From: a candidate division WOR-3 bacterium
Lineage (GTDB): Bacteria; SDB-A
Direction of reading: 5' to 3'
NCBI GenBank assembly: GCA_016929715.1
Contig: JAFGIG010000030.1
Location: 1 to 52,433 of the forward strand
Length of the DNA: 52,433 nucleotides
The position numbers and the translations under genes are program-made. Below are positions 9,181 through 18,210 of this stretch, piece by piece (position 1 is the first letter of the stretch; each line of letters begins with the position of its first letter). The notes beneath the pieces were generated by a model, which saw only the letters and a list, made by a program, of their open reading frames with translations, was not told where the DNA came from and did not search any database.

Positions 9181-11123
9181 AAAAACCGGTCCTCATATCT
9201 CGATGCGAAATAAGAAAACAACCCGAAAAGCATATAAACTGCCGCGAAAACAATAAAAGAAGGCGCGAAAGAAACTGCGCTTTTTTCGCCCGCCCGCACA
9301 CTGTAAAACACGAAAAGAGTTATTATAACAGAGGTGACCGCGGCAAAATCAAATCTGAACCCTTTGCCTCTGATGTTGTGGACAAAGCCTGGCAAAAGCA
9401 TCGAATACGCGAAATAAAATCTTTTTCTCCTTTTGCTTAAGGACTCCGATATCTCGCTGATAATACTTTTCTCATCGGCGAGTTTGCCCAATTTTTCAAC
9501 ACGCGAAAGACACACAGAGCAAAGGAGCGTCCCTTTTTGACTTCTCTTGCAAAGGTTGCATACAGGCGCGCCGCATATAGAGCAAATCTCGACTGATATC
9601 TTTCTGAAAGCGGCAAAATTGAGAAGAAAACCGAGCCCGGCAAAAAACACCATGATAAATAGAGTTTTTTTCAGACTATATCCGAAAAAAAATGAAAACC
9701 TCTCATCGTATATCGAACCGTGCGAAAGGATTCCCGCCGGTTTGAGCAAGTCATGAGGCACGATATCGAGAGTAAGAAATTCAGAGGTCGGCAGAAGCGA
9801 AAGCATTCCGAAGCTTTTTTCCTCGAGAAATCCGGGAGAAACATTTTCCAGTTTTGTTTTGAAATACGCGGATTTTTCTTTCTGAAATGTTTTCAGGTGA
9901 TAAACATAGAGATTATAGTTAATTTCAGGAGACATGCTGTCGTTTCTCCACGCATTCTGAAAATAATAGAATGCCGAATCCTTCATTCCGACATCGAAAA
10001 AAAGACATCCCCTGTTATTGAAAACCACGTGTTTAGGAAGAGAAGATTCAATTCGTGAATAAAGAGATAGAGCGGATTTGAAATCCTTGTCTCTTCTGCA
10101 GAGCAGAGCTGAAGTGAAAACCTCGGCGTCAGAAGCTCCATCATCAGGGGCAGGGTTTCCTCCTCCTTCAAGATAGAGGATATTCTCATAGACGCTCCTC
10201 TGGGGCGACAAGGTTGTGTATGCTCTCAACGCGGCACTGGTCTCAACGGCAATCATAGAAAGTAGCAGAGCCCCGATACCTGCGACCGTCAATGAAAATT
10301 TCTCTTTTTTCCCGAGTAAAGGCAAAGACAGTCCGTAGATTAGTGCTCCGAGAAAAAAAGGTTTTCCCGCGAGAATGAAAAAAGAAGATAGAATCAGTGA
10401 AGAGGAAAACTTGGATGACAAATCAAGATATAAAAATTTCTTTGATAGATGATAGACGCTGTGCCATATATAGATAGCATTCTTAAAAAAAGCGCATATT
10501 AAAACATAAAAACCGAAGACCAGAAAAAATATTGCCGCTACATACAGCGGTGTCTGAACAAATTCAAGGGCGTTGAAGGGCTTTTTGAGAAGGGAAATAT
10601 ACCGGATTATTTCCGAAAATGTTTTCGAAAAAAATCTTTTACTCCAGTAACTGGAAATAATTTCTCTTGATACTGCGGGATCGTTTTTCATCTCTCTTGA
10701 CAGGTTCAAAAAAACCAGCTTTTCACCAACATCCGCAGTCTGCAACGATTTAGAATAAAAATACGCGCTTGCGTGCTTTGAACCGGACAATCCTTTGGAT
10801 GCCATTATATCAAGCATCCACTGCATTTCTTCTTTTTTGACGGAATCATCCTCCGCCAGGACATAGAAGTAAAAATGAATGAAAAAATTGTTTGACGCAA
10901 GGCTGTCCGCTTTCTTATAGTCGGACCGGAGAGCAAAAACCTTAAAAGGGTTTTCCTCCGGAGCCTCGTTAAGAATTCTCTGTGTATTGTCATCGGAAAT
11001 ATTCAGAACGCTGTCAATAGACGATGTCCTAAACGCTTCATAAAGCTCTTTCTGGGCTTGCAAAAGATCCGAGGGAACTACAGAACCGATAATAGAGAAA
11101 AAAACGAGAAAAATCATCTCCAT
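9177..11123 (-). CDS. Multi-pass membrane protein with TPR-like segment and Cys-rich zinc-finger (CxxC-x4-CxxC...CxxC)
   Basis: Several hydrophobic stretches, TPR-like VFNNRGCLFF..SAFYYFQNA..PEINYNL, and CSICGAPVCNLC...LCSVC. Confidence 0.6.
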   Translation of the reverse strand: MEMIFLVFFSIIGSVVPSDLLQAQKELYEAFRTSSIDSVLNISDDNTQRILNEAPEENPFKVFALRSDYKKADSLASNNFFIHFYFYVLAEDDSVKKEEMQWMLDIMASKGLSGSKHASAYFYSKSLQTADVGEKLVFLNLSREMKNDPAVSREIISSYWSKRFFSKTFSEIIRYISLLKKPFNALEFVQTPLYVAAIFFLVFGFYVLICAFFKNAIYIWHSVYHLSKKFLYLDLSSKFSSSLILSSFFILAGKPFFLGALIYGLSLPLLGKKEKFSLTVAGIGALLLSMIAVETSAALRAYTTLSPQRSVYENILYLEGGGNPAPDDGASDAEVFTSALLCRRDKDFKSALSLYSRIESSLPKHVVFNNRGCLFFDVGMKDSAFYYFQNAWRNDSMSPEINYNLYVYHLKTFQKEKSAYFKTKLENVSPGFLEEKSFGMLSLLPTSEFLTLDIVPHDLLKPAGILSHGSIYDERFSFFFGYSLKKTLFIMVFFAGLGFLLNFAAFRKISVEICSICGAPVCNLCKRSQKGTLLCSVCLSRVEKLGKLADEKSIISEISESLSKRRKRFYFAYSMLLPGFVHNIRGKGFRFDFAAVTSVIITLFVFYSVRAGEKSAVSFAPSFIVFAAVYMLFGLFSYFASRYEDRFL

Positions 11124-11491
11124 GGGGTATCCGTCAAAGCGTTTTCCAGATGAGTTAGTTCACCTGTTTCGGAATTAACGCAAATCAGATCGAGCCTCAC
11201 GTCCGTATTTCCCCACATCTTATTTTTGGCGAGGTAACTCTTGATGGCTTTGAGAAAAATCTTTCTCTGACCGACACTCCAGGATTCAAGATCGCTGTCC
11301 CAGCTTTCATCGCTCCTAGTTTTGACTTCTACAAACACAGCCAACCCTTTGAAAGAGGCGACAATGTCTATCTCAGCCTTTCCCACCCTTACATTTCTGC
11401 ATTTAACATTGTATCCTTTTTTCTTGAGATATTCAACGGCGATGTTTTCGCCAAATGCTCCCGTTTTCGCCTTTTCTGTTTTTTGAGGCAT
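11114..11491 (-). CDS. yraN: YraN family (UPF0102) PD-(D/E)xK nuclease-like protein
   Basis: [37 protein letters not shown]. Usual position after rnhB. Confidence 0.9.
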   Translation of the reverse strand: MPQKTEKAKTGAFGENIAVEYLKKKGYNVKCRNVRVGKAEIDIVASFKGLAVFVEVKTRSDESWDSDLESWSVGQRKIFLKAIKSYLAKNKMWGNTDVRLDLICVNSETGELTHLENALTDTPWR

Positions 11492-12101
11492 TCTTTTCCT
11501 TTTTCAACGGTTTAAAAGACTTTCTGTGAATAGGTGAAGGGCCGAATCTGATAACTGCTTCAAGGTGTTTTTTTGTCAAATAACCGGCGTTTAGACAAAA
11601 TCCATAACCCGGATAGAGCAAATCATATAACTCCATCATTCTGTCTCTTATGACTTTTGCAACTATGGAAGCCGCCGCAATGGTATAGCTTTTCGAATCT
11701 CCTCTGACTATCGTCAGCTGAGTAATTCCGGGAATCGGGATTTCATAGATGCCGTCCACAAGCAAGTAATCAGGGAAAACAGAAAGCGAGGCGACGGCAT
11801 TTCTCATTGCTTCAAGAGACGCGTTGAGAATGTTGACCAAATCTATTCTTTCGGGTAGTGCGTAGCCTATTCCGATTTCATAAGCGGAAAAGGATATCTC
11901 GTGATAAAGATCTTCGCGTTTTTTTTTGGTAAGCTTTTTTGAATCTTCGACGCCTTTAATTCTCTTTTCCGCCGGTAAAACGCATGCCGCGGCGACAACC
12001 GGCCCGGCGAGAGGACCCCTGCCGGCTTCGTCAACACCGCAGATAACTCTCGCTCCTTCTCTCCTCGCTTTCCTTTCGAAGAAGAGATCCGGCAAATTCA
12101 C
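11433..12101 (-). CDS. rnhB: Ribonuclease HII
   Basis: [46 protein letters not shown]. Confidence 0.97.
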   Translation of the reverse strand: MNLPDLFFERKARREGARVICGVDEAGRGPLAGPVVAAACVLPAEKRIKGVEDSKKLTKKKREDLYHEISFSAYEIGIGYALPERIDLVNILNASLEAMRNAVASLSVFPDYLLVDGIYEIPIPGITQLTIVRGDSKSYTIAAASIVAKVIRDRMMELYDLLYPGYGFCLNAGYLTKKHLEAVIRFGPSPIHRKSFKPLKKEKNASKNRKGENGSIWRKHRR

Positions 12102-12442
12102 CGCCTTTCTTTAATCTTCGCTGCCTTGCCGGTTCTCTGTCTCATGTAGTAGAGTTTGGATCTGCGAACTTTCCCTTTTTTGAGCACTTTTACGCTCGAG
12201 ATTACGGGAGAGTGAATTGGGAAAATTCTTTCCACTCCCACGCCGTCGGATATCTTCCTGACCGTAAAAGTGCCTCGCGAGCCCTTTCCGTTCTTCATCG
12301 CTATCACATCGCCTTTGAATAATCTTATCAGCGTTTTATCGCCTTCCTTTATTTTTATTCTCACGGCGACAGTATCGCCGACAGATATTTCAGGAGCATT
12401 CTGAGACATCTGCGAAGCTTCTATGGCTTTTAACTCTTCCAT
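12098..12442 (-). CDS. rplS: 50S ribosomal protein L19
   Basis: GDTV.V...[37 protein letters not shown]. Confidence 0.98.
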   Translation of the reverse strand: MEELKAIEASQMSQNAPEISVGDTVAVRIKIKEGDKTLIRLFKGDVIAMKNGKGSRGTFTVRKISDGVGVERIFPIHSPVISSVKVLKKGKVRRSKLYYMRQRTGKAAKIKERR

Positions 12443-12446
12443 TTTT

Positions 12447-13115
12447 TCACCTTTTTTTCCTTTCTTCCCTTTCTTTTGTCCTTTGGATTCTTCTCGATTC
12501 TCTCCATATCTCTATTTTCGAGTGATCCCCCGAAAGTAGGACTTCAGGGACCTTCATGCCCCTGAAAACCGACGGTCTAGTGTAAAGTTCCTCCTCGCAT
12601 AAGCCGTTTTCAAAAGAATCAAGCGCGAGATTTTCTTCGTTGTTGAGAACTCCCGGCAGTAATCTTACGATTGATTCCAGCATCACCAGCGCTGGAAGTT
12701 CTCCGCCCGAGAGTATAAAATCACCTATTGAAATTTCCTCATCGACGAAGTTGTCAATAAACCTCTGATCCACTCCTCTGTATCTGCCGCACACAATTAT
12801 TAAATGCTCTCTTTTTGACAATTCTCTCGCTTTTTTCCTGTTAAAAACGCATCCCTGGGGAGATGTCAAAATAGTCCATGAATTCATTTTTTTCAGTTTT
12901 TCGACTGCCGCGGATAAAGGAGGAGCGGTAAAAACCATTCCCGGTCCGCCTCCAAAGGGATAATCGTCAACCTTTCTGTGCGGATTGTCCGCAAACTCTC
13001 TGAGGTCGACAAATTCAATATCGGCAATTTTTTTTTCAACCGCTTTTGACAAAACGCCAAAAGCCGCGTATGGAACAACGGCTTCGGGGAAAATAGTCAC
13101 AACGTCTATCCGCAT
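12447..13115 (-). CDS. trmD: tRNA (guanine37-N1)-methyltransferase
   Basis: [56 protein letters not shown]. Confidence 0.98.
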   Translation of the reverse strand: MRIDVVTIFPEAVVPYAAFGVLSKAVEKKIADIEFVDLREFADNPHRKVDDYPFGGGPGMVFTAPPLSAAVEKLKKMNSWTILTSPQGCVFNRKKARELSKREHLIIVCGRYRGVDQRFIDNFVDEEISIGDFILSGGELPALVMLESIVRLLPGVLNNEENLALDSFENGLCEEELYTRPSVFRGMKVPEVLLSGDHSKIEIWRESRRIQRTKEREERKKR

Positions 13116-13120
13116 TATTG

Positions 13121-13145
13121 AAAAACCGCCGCGCGATTGGCGGTC
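13121..13145 (-). terminator. Putative intrinsic terminator/attenuator between khpA and trmD
   Basis: Minus strand reads ACCGCC-AATCGCGC-GGCGGT-TTTT: a 6-bp GC-rich stem and short U tract, 5 nt before the trmD ATG. Confidence 0.5.
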
Positions 13146-13154
13146 AGCCGGGCT

Positions 13155-13406
13155 TCAGTCCAAGATCTCGAGAATCGCCCTTTTGCCGGTTTTCATAGCG
13201 GCAGCGGAAACAATATGCCTCAGGGCTTTAGCTGTCCTGCCTTCTTTTCCGATTATTTTTCCGAGATCGCCTGAACCTACCTTGAGTTCGAGATAAACAG
13301 TTTTCTGATGGTCTGTAGAAGTTACTCTAACATCGTCCGGAGTATCGACGAGCTTTCTGGCAACGAACTCCACAAGTTCCTGAACCGTTTGGTTTGAATT
13401 GTTCAT
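13155..13406 (-). CDS. khpA: KH-domain RNA-binding protein KhpA (UPF0109)
   Basis: ELVEFVARKLVD.PD.V, DLGKIIGKEGRTAKALR. Follows rpsP. GGAG RBS. Confidence 0.93.
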   Translation of the reverse strand: MNNSNQTVQELVEFVARKLVDTPDDVRVTSTDHQKTVYLELKVGSGDLGKIIGKEGRTAKALRHIVSAAAMKTGKRAILEILD

Positions 13407-13416
13407 CTTTCGCTCC

Positions 13417-13665
13417 TTACTGAGTTTGTTCTTTTTTGTGTCTGCGTAGCAGGGACGAAACCGTTTCGGTGACAGAGGCTCCTTTTTGTATCCAGTTTGT
13501 CAATTTCTCGAAATCAAGACTGAACTCCGCTGGTTTTCTCGGATTATAATAACCGAGTTTTTCTATGCATTTTCCGTCTCTTCTGTGTCGTCTGTCTGCG
13601 ACTACGATGTGGTAAAAAGGTGAATTTCTTTTTCCGAATCTGGCAAGATGAATTCTGACTGACAA
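13417..13665 (-). CDS. rpsP: 30S ribosomal protein S16
   Basis: SVRIHLARFGKRNSPFYHIVVAD.R..RDGK.IEKLGYYNP. TTG start at 13665 downstream of GGAGG, rather than the ORF-track start at 13713. Confidence 0.97.
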   Translation of the reverse strand: MSVRIHLARFGKRNSPFYHIVVADRRHRRDGKCIEKLGYYNPRKPAEFSLDFEKLTNWIQKGASVTETVSSLLRRHKKEQTQ

Positions 13666-13713
13666 AAGTTCGATACCTCCTCTTGGCATATTATTGTTGA
13701 TGAACGAAACCAA

Positions 13714-13743
13714 ATATTATCTTTTCTTTCTTTTCTTTGTCAA
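13714..13743 (-). promoter_or_regulatory. Putative sigma70 promoter inside the ffh 3' end driving rpsP-khpA
   Basis: TTGACA (13743-13738), 18 nt spacer, TAATAT (13719-13714). Confidence 0.5.
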
Positions 13744-15051
13744 GCCTTTTGTCAAAGCTTTACGCGCCAAAGAACTTTTCCCCATCATCCCTTTCAGCAT
13801 CTTTTTTGACGCCTCGAACTGTTTGATCAAATTACTGACATCAGTAATTTGCGTCCCGCTTCCCGCCGCTATTCTTTTTTTTCTGCTCGCGTCAATGATT
13901 TGAGGCTTTTGCCTTTCCGACATCGTCATGGAAGATATAATGGCTTCCATTCTTTTTATCTCTTTTTCATCAATTTTAGCTCCCGCTCCGATGTTTAGGG
14001 GAAGCATCGAGAGAATGCTTTCCATGGGTCCCATTTTTTTTAGAGTTTTCAGCTGAGAAAGGAAATCGTCCAGCCCAAAAGAAAAATCCATCATTTTCTT
14101 CGCCATTTTTTCGGATTCAGTCCTGTCTGCCGCCTCTTGGGCTTTTTCAACCAAAGTGGCTATATCGCCCATGCCGGTGATCCGCTGAGCCATTCTATGG
14201 GGATAGAATTCCGAAAGATCTTCAGCTCGCTCGCCTGTTCCTAAAAATTTAACAGGTGCGCCGGTGACCGCTTTCATGCTCAAAGCGGCGCCGCCTCTCG
14301 CGTCTCCATCCATTTTCGTCAGCACAATACCGCTTATCCCGACTCTTTGGTTGAAAGATTCTGCTATTTGGAGTGCCTCCTGTCCTGTCATCGCGTCCAC
14401 AACGAGAAGAACTTCCTGCGGCTTGAATTTCTCTTTAATTTCCACCAGTTCGCCTATCATTTCTTCATCAACGTGCAGTCTTCCCGCGGTGTCGAGAAGA
14501 ACAGCTCCATTCATATTTTTCCGTGCACTCAAGAGCGAGTCTTCCACGCTTTTTAACGCGCTTGAAATGTTGACGGGTGAAAAGTGAAGTCCATACTTGG
14601 AACAGAGAACCTCTAACTGTTCTGAAGCCGCCGGTCTTTTTACATCGCAGGCGGACAACAGCGGATTCATTCCCTTATTTTTCAAAAAGACGCCAAGTTT
14701 GGCGCAGGTGGTTGTCTTGCCGCTCCCCTGCAATCCGACGAGCATTATGACAGGAGGGGTTCCGGCGAGCTTGAGTTCCTGTTTTAGACTTCCGAGAAGA
14801 GAGGTCATCTCATCCACAATAATCTTAGCTACGACATCGCCAGGAGAAAGGCTTTTCAAGACTTTTTCACCGACTGCTTTAACTCTTATCTCCTCGCAAA
14901 AATTCTTTGCTACTTTGTAGTTGACGTCAGCTTCGAGAAGGACATTTCTTACATCCCTGAGAATACTATCGACGTCTTTTTCAGTGAGGTATGACTTTCT
15001 TCTGAGTTTTAAAAACAAATCCGAAAAGTTTTTAGTCAGATTTTCAAGCAA
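13717..15051 (-). CDS. ffh: Signal recognition particle protein Ffh
   Basis: LLEADVN, GLQGSGKTTT, DTAGRL, DAMTGQ, TKMDGDARGGAALS, GMGD, and the M-domain motif AIISSMT..ER. Confidence 0.98.
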   Translation of the reverse strand: MLENLTKNFSDLFLKLRRKSYLTEKDVDSILRDVRNVLLEADVNYKVAKNFCEEIRVKAVGEKVLKSLSPGDVVAKIIVDEMTSLLGSLKQELKLAGTPPVIMLVGLQGSGKTTTCAKLGVFLKNKGMNPLLSACDVKRPAASEQLEVLCSKYGLHFSPVNISSALKSVEDSLLSARKNMNGAVLLDTAGRLHVDEEMIGELVEIKEKFKPQEVLLVVDAMTGQEALQIAESFNQRVGISGIVLTKMDGDARGGAALSMKAVTGAPVKFLGTGERAEDLSEFYPHRMAQRITGMGDIATLVEKAQEAADRTESEKMAKKMMDFSFGLDDFLSQLKTLKKMGPMESILSMLPLNIGAGAKIDEKEIKRMEAIISSMTMSERQKPQIIDASRKKRIAAGSGTQITDVSNLIKQFEASKKMLKGMMGKSSLARKALTKGLTKKRKKR

Positions 15052-16165
15052 TTCCGCTTCCTTTCTTCAGTATAGCCGCGATCAGTTTAGCAAGTTCTCT
15101 CGAAGTTTTTGCTAAATCTTTTTCCGCGTTAAAATTTTTATCACCCCAATGCCTTTGCCGGAAGACGCAAATTACGCTTCCCCCTTTGACTGATGAATCC
15201 GCAGATCCGGTCAAGACAAGCGCAGGAATTCCCGCTTCAAACGCTCTTTTTGAGATAAATCCTGTAATTTTTCCTTTTACAGATGTCGCGTCAACTTTCC
15301 CTTCTCCGGTTACCGCGAGAAAACTCTCTCTCAGTTTTTCTTCGAAAGAAGCCAGTGAACAAACAAATTCAGCTCCTTTTTTTGGACTACAGTCAAAAAA
15401 AACGCTCATCATAGCCGGAACACCGCCGGCTGCGCCGCCAAAAGGCACTCTTCCTATGTCCTTTCCTGTTTTTTTAATGACCACTTCTCTGAGATGTAAC
15501 GCTCCTTTTTCCAAATCCTCTATATCTCGACGGTTTGCACCTTTCTGCTGGGAATACAACCTGATTCCGCCGTTTTTACCGAAAAGAGAGTTTTGAACGT
15601 CACATAGAATTTCAAATTTCGTCAGAGCCGCTTTCGGATTAAATCCTGACAAATCTATATCAGAGATTTTTTTCAGATTAGCGCCGCAGGGTTTGATTTT
15701 CTTGCCTTTGGCGTCAAAATACTTCACTCCAAGAGCGGCCAAAATACCTGTTCCCACGTCTGCCGTAGCCGATCCTCCAGCGCAAAGAAGTATTTTTTGG
15801 GCTCCTGCCTTGATTGCCTTCTCAATGACTTCACCTGTTCCGAAAGTGCTGCCATAGAGAGCCGGTTTCATGGAAGGATCGGTGAGCTTCAAGCCCGATG
15901 AGAGAGCGAGTTCCACGAGCGCGGTATTTGTCTCAAGTGAAAGATACTCTGTTTTTATAGGTTTACCGAAGGGGTCTCTCGAAGAGACTTTTTTCTTTTT
16001 TCCTCCGGCAAAATACTTTACCGACTCGAGGGTCCCGTCTCCTCCGTCGGCGAGCGGCATGCTGATAGTTTCAAAAAAGAGGCTGAATTCCGATGAAATA
16101 ATCCTGCACGCTCTTACGGAGTTGATGGATCCCTTAAAACTTCCGGGGCAGATTAAAACTTTCAC
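15044..16165 (-). CDS. glxK: Glycerate kinase (GlxK/GarK family)
   Basis: KVLICPGSFKGS, PLADGGDGT, STFGTGE, GGSATAD.G.G, GGAAGG, VTGEG.VD..S..GK. GTGA coupling. Confidence 0.92.
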   Translation of the reverse strand: MKVLICPGSFKGSINSVRACRIISSEFSLFFETISMPLADGGDGTLESVKYFAGGKKKKVSSRDPFGKPIKTEYLSLETNTALVELALSSGLKLTDPSMKPALYGSTFGTGEVIEKAIKAGAQKILLCAGGSATADVGTGILAALGVKYFDAKGKKIKPCGANLKKISDIDLSGFNPKAALTKFEILCDVQNSLFGKNGGIRLYSQQKGANRRDIEDLEKGALHLREVVIKKTGKDIGRVPFGGAAGGVPAMMSVFFDCSPKKGAEFVCSLASFEEKLRESFLAVTGEGKVDATSVKGKITGFISKRAFEAGIPALVLTGSADSSVKGGSVICVFRQRHWGDKNFNAEKDLAKTSRELAKLIAAILKKGSGIA

Positions 16166-18210
16166 AGACCGAAATACGACATTGCGGTGTTGAAATGGGC
16201 ATCTTTAGCCTTTATCATCATAACTTCGCTTCGCATGCCGGCAATTTCGATTTGAAAATGTTCGGATTTTGAATCGAAAACGCCGTCTTTGGGCGAAGCA
16301 TCTTGCCAGTTGATGCCGTCGAAGCTGAAAGAAACCGAAATAATTCTCGATTTCGAATCCCGAACTGCGAAAACAGCTGAAGAACCGGAAAATGAAAAAT
16401 CATAAACTTCTGGCGGGGTGTTGTCTATGACAAAAACTTCTGAAAAAGCCGAATCGGTCAGAAATGAATTTGCGGGATTTGATATGCTGTCAGAGGCGAT
16501 TATTTTCAAAAAATACTCGCCGTCTCTAAAAAACTGCCGGTTGAATGCAAAATGCCTTTCCCTCAGGAGCCATCCTATTTTCAGCCATTCGGATTTATTT
16601 GATGGTCTGATATAGATATCGTATGTCATACTGTCTCCGTCGGGATCATTAGCCTCAAAGGAAAGTCCCTGATATGAGGTTTGAAATGAAACCGCATTCT
16701 GTGGGATCTGCCATCCCCCGAGAGAGAGAAGCCGCTTTTCCGGGTCTCCCGCCGAAAGGGGCTTTATATCCGGAACTGTCTGTGAAATTCCGTAGGAAGC
16801 GGATCCCGGGGCATATACAACCGGCACCTGGACAACAGGTTTTCTGTTTTGTGCGGAAAACAAAAACTCCAATTTATCTATGCGACCTGTGAAGGCAAGC
16901 CTGAACTGAATTTTGTTTCCCTGCGGAAGTTCATTCTTAAAAATGTCAAAATCCGCTGTCTCTCTTGTCCAGTCAGACCAGAATTCGTCGGGAGAAGAAG
17001 TGTTTCCTGTCCTGGCTTGTATTCTGACGCTCCCGTCTCCCGTCCAAAAGAAATTTCCCCAGACCGGCCGTTCTCCTCCGTCTATAACCCCTGTCGTGTA
17101 GATTCCTTGATTCGAGCTTTTTCCTGTCATGATATAGATTGTGAGGGGATTTGTCCCGAGAAGAGCGAACTTTCCGGAGTTGTCTTTGGCCCATGAGGTC
17201 AAAATACGTTCTTCCGGTGCCCGAAACATGCTTATCTCTCGTTTATTTGCATCGTAGAGAAATACTGATCCGTCCGGCGCTCCCACAGCGCAGTAAATGT
17301 TTTTTTGGATAGGAAAGACCGCCGTCACAGGGGGAGAAGGAGAGCTAAACAGCAGTTCATACCTTCCGCTTTGAAATCTATATACGTTTGAAGTGATTTC
17401 AGAAGAAGAAGGCGGAATATAAAAATACGGGTCAACTGTAAGCCTAAGTGAAGAAAGACCTGATATGTCAATGTTCCCCGACACTGTCGAAAAAAGAAGG
17501 CAATCGTCGGTTGCGCATATGGAGTTTATTTCGTTGCCGTTCGGATCCGCCTCGACGTAAGCAGAACCCGTCGTCAGGGAATAAGACAGAAGAAAACCTC
17601 TACCGGAAGTTCCTATGTAGAGAGTATCTCTTCTGACCGCAAGACTCACAGCAGACCTGTCTCCGGTTTCTATGCTGTCGAGAAGTTCTCCGGCGTAGGA
17701 TATAAGGTAGACTCTTCCCCTGTTCGAGGTCGCAAGCGCCAGCTTGCGGCCGGGCAGGCAAGCCATATCCCATACCGAAAGAGATTCTCTTTCAAAAATT
17801 TTTTCGACTGAAGACCCTCTGATTCTCAACACTTCTCCCGCAGGCGAGACAGCCGCAAAAACATTTTCGCCGTCAGAGCAAAGACCGAATATTCCTCCTC
17901 CGTCATAACGGATCAGAGTGTCAATTTTTCCTCCTTCTGCGGGATATGAAAACACACAAGCTGGAGAAGCGGAAGATATGTAATATCTGTTGCGGCATTG
18001 GACAATTCTCCAGCCGTATAAGACATCCAGCTGGAAAGCTTTTTCTATCTCATTCGATACGCTTATCGATCCGCCGATAGAGAGCAGGACATTCTCCATC
18101 TTCCCCAAAGAGAATTCTTCAAACGTATTTATAATCCGGTTCTGTGACTTTCCGGCGAAAACGCTCTGAGAAAACAAAAACAACAAAGCGGATACATAAA
18201 ACGGCTTCAT
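16162..18210 (-). CDS. Secreted beta-propeller + fibronectin/Ig-like protein, partner of the S55 peptidase
   Basis: Signal peptide (MKPFYV...VFA). Propeller-like repeats (VWDMA...LALATS..GRVY; SLAV..DTLYIGTS). C-terminal ARTGNTSSPDEFWSDW, DPDGD...YD, DGEY.LKI.ASD, IDNTPP, DGVFDS..E.F. Confidence 0.6.
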   Translation of the reverse strand: MKPFYVSALLFLFSQSVFAGKSQNRIINTFEEFSLGKMENVLLSIGGSISVSNEIEKAFQLDVLYGWRIVQCRNRYYISSASPACVFSYPAEGGKIDTLIRYDGGGIFGLCSDGENVFAAVSPAGEVLRIRGSSVEKIFERESLSVWDMACLPGRKLALATSNRGRVYLISYAGELLDSIETGDRSAVSLAVRRDTLYIGTSGRGFLLSYSLTTGSAYVEADPNGNEINSICATDDCLLFSTVSGNIDISGLSSLRLTVDPYFYIPPSSSEITSNVYRFQSGRYELLFSSPSPPVTAVFPIQKNIYCAVGAPDGSVFLYDANKREISMFRAPEERILTSWAKDNSGKFALLGTNPLTIYIMTGKSSNQGIYTTGVIDGGERPVWGNFFWTGDGSVRIQARTGNTSSPDEFWSDWTRETADFDIFKNELPQGNKIQFRLAFTGRIDKLEFLFSAQNRKPVVQVPVVYAPGSASYGISQTVPDIKPLSAGDPEKRLLSLGGWQIPQNAVSFQTSYQGLSFEANDPDGDSMTYDIYIRPSNKSEWLKIGWLLRERHFAFNRQFFRDGEYFLKIIASDSISNPANSFLTDSAFSEVFVIDNTPPEVYDFSFSGSSAVFAVRDSKSRIISVSFSFDGINWQDASPKDGVFDSKSEHFQIEIAGMRSEVMMIKAKDAHFNTAMSYFGL

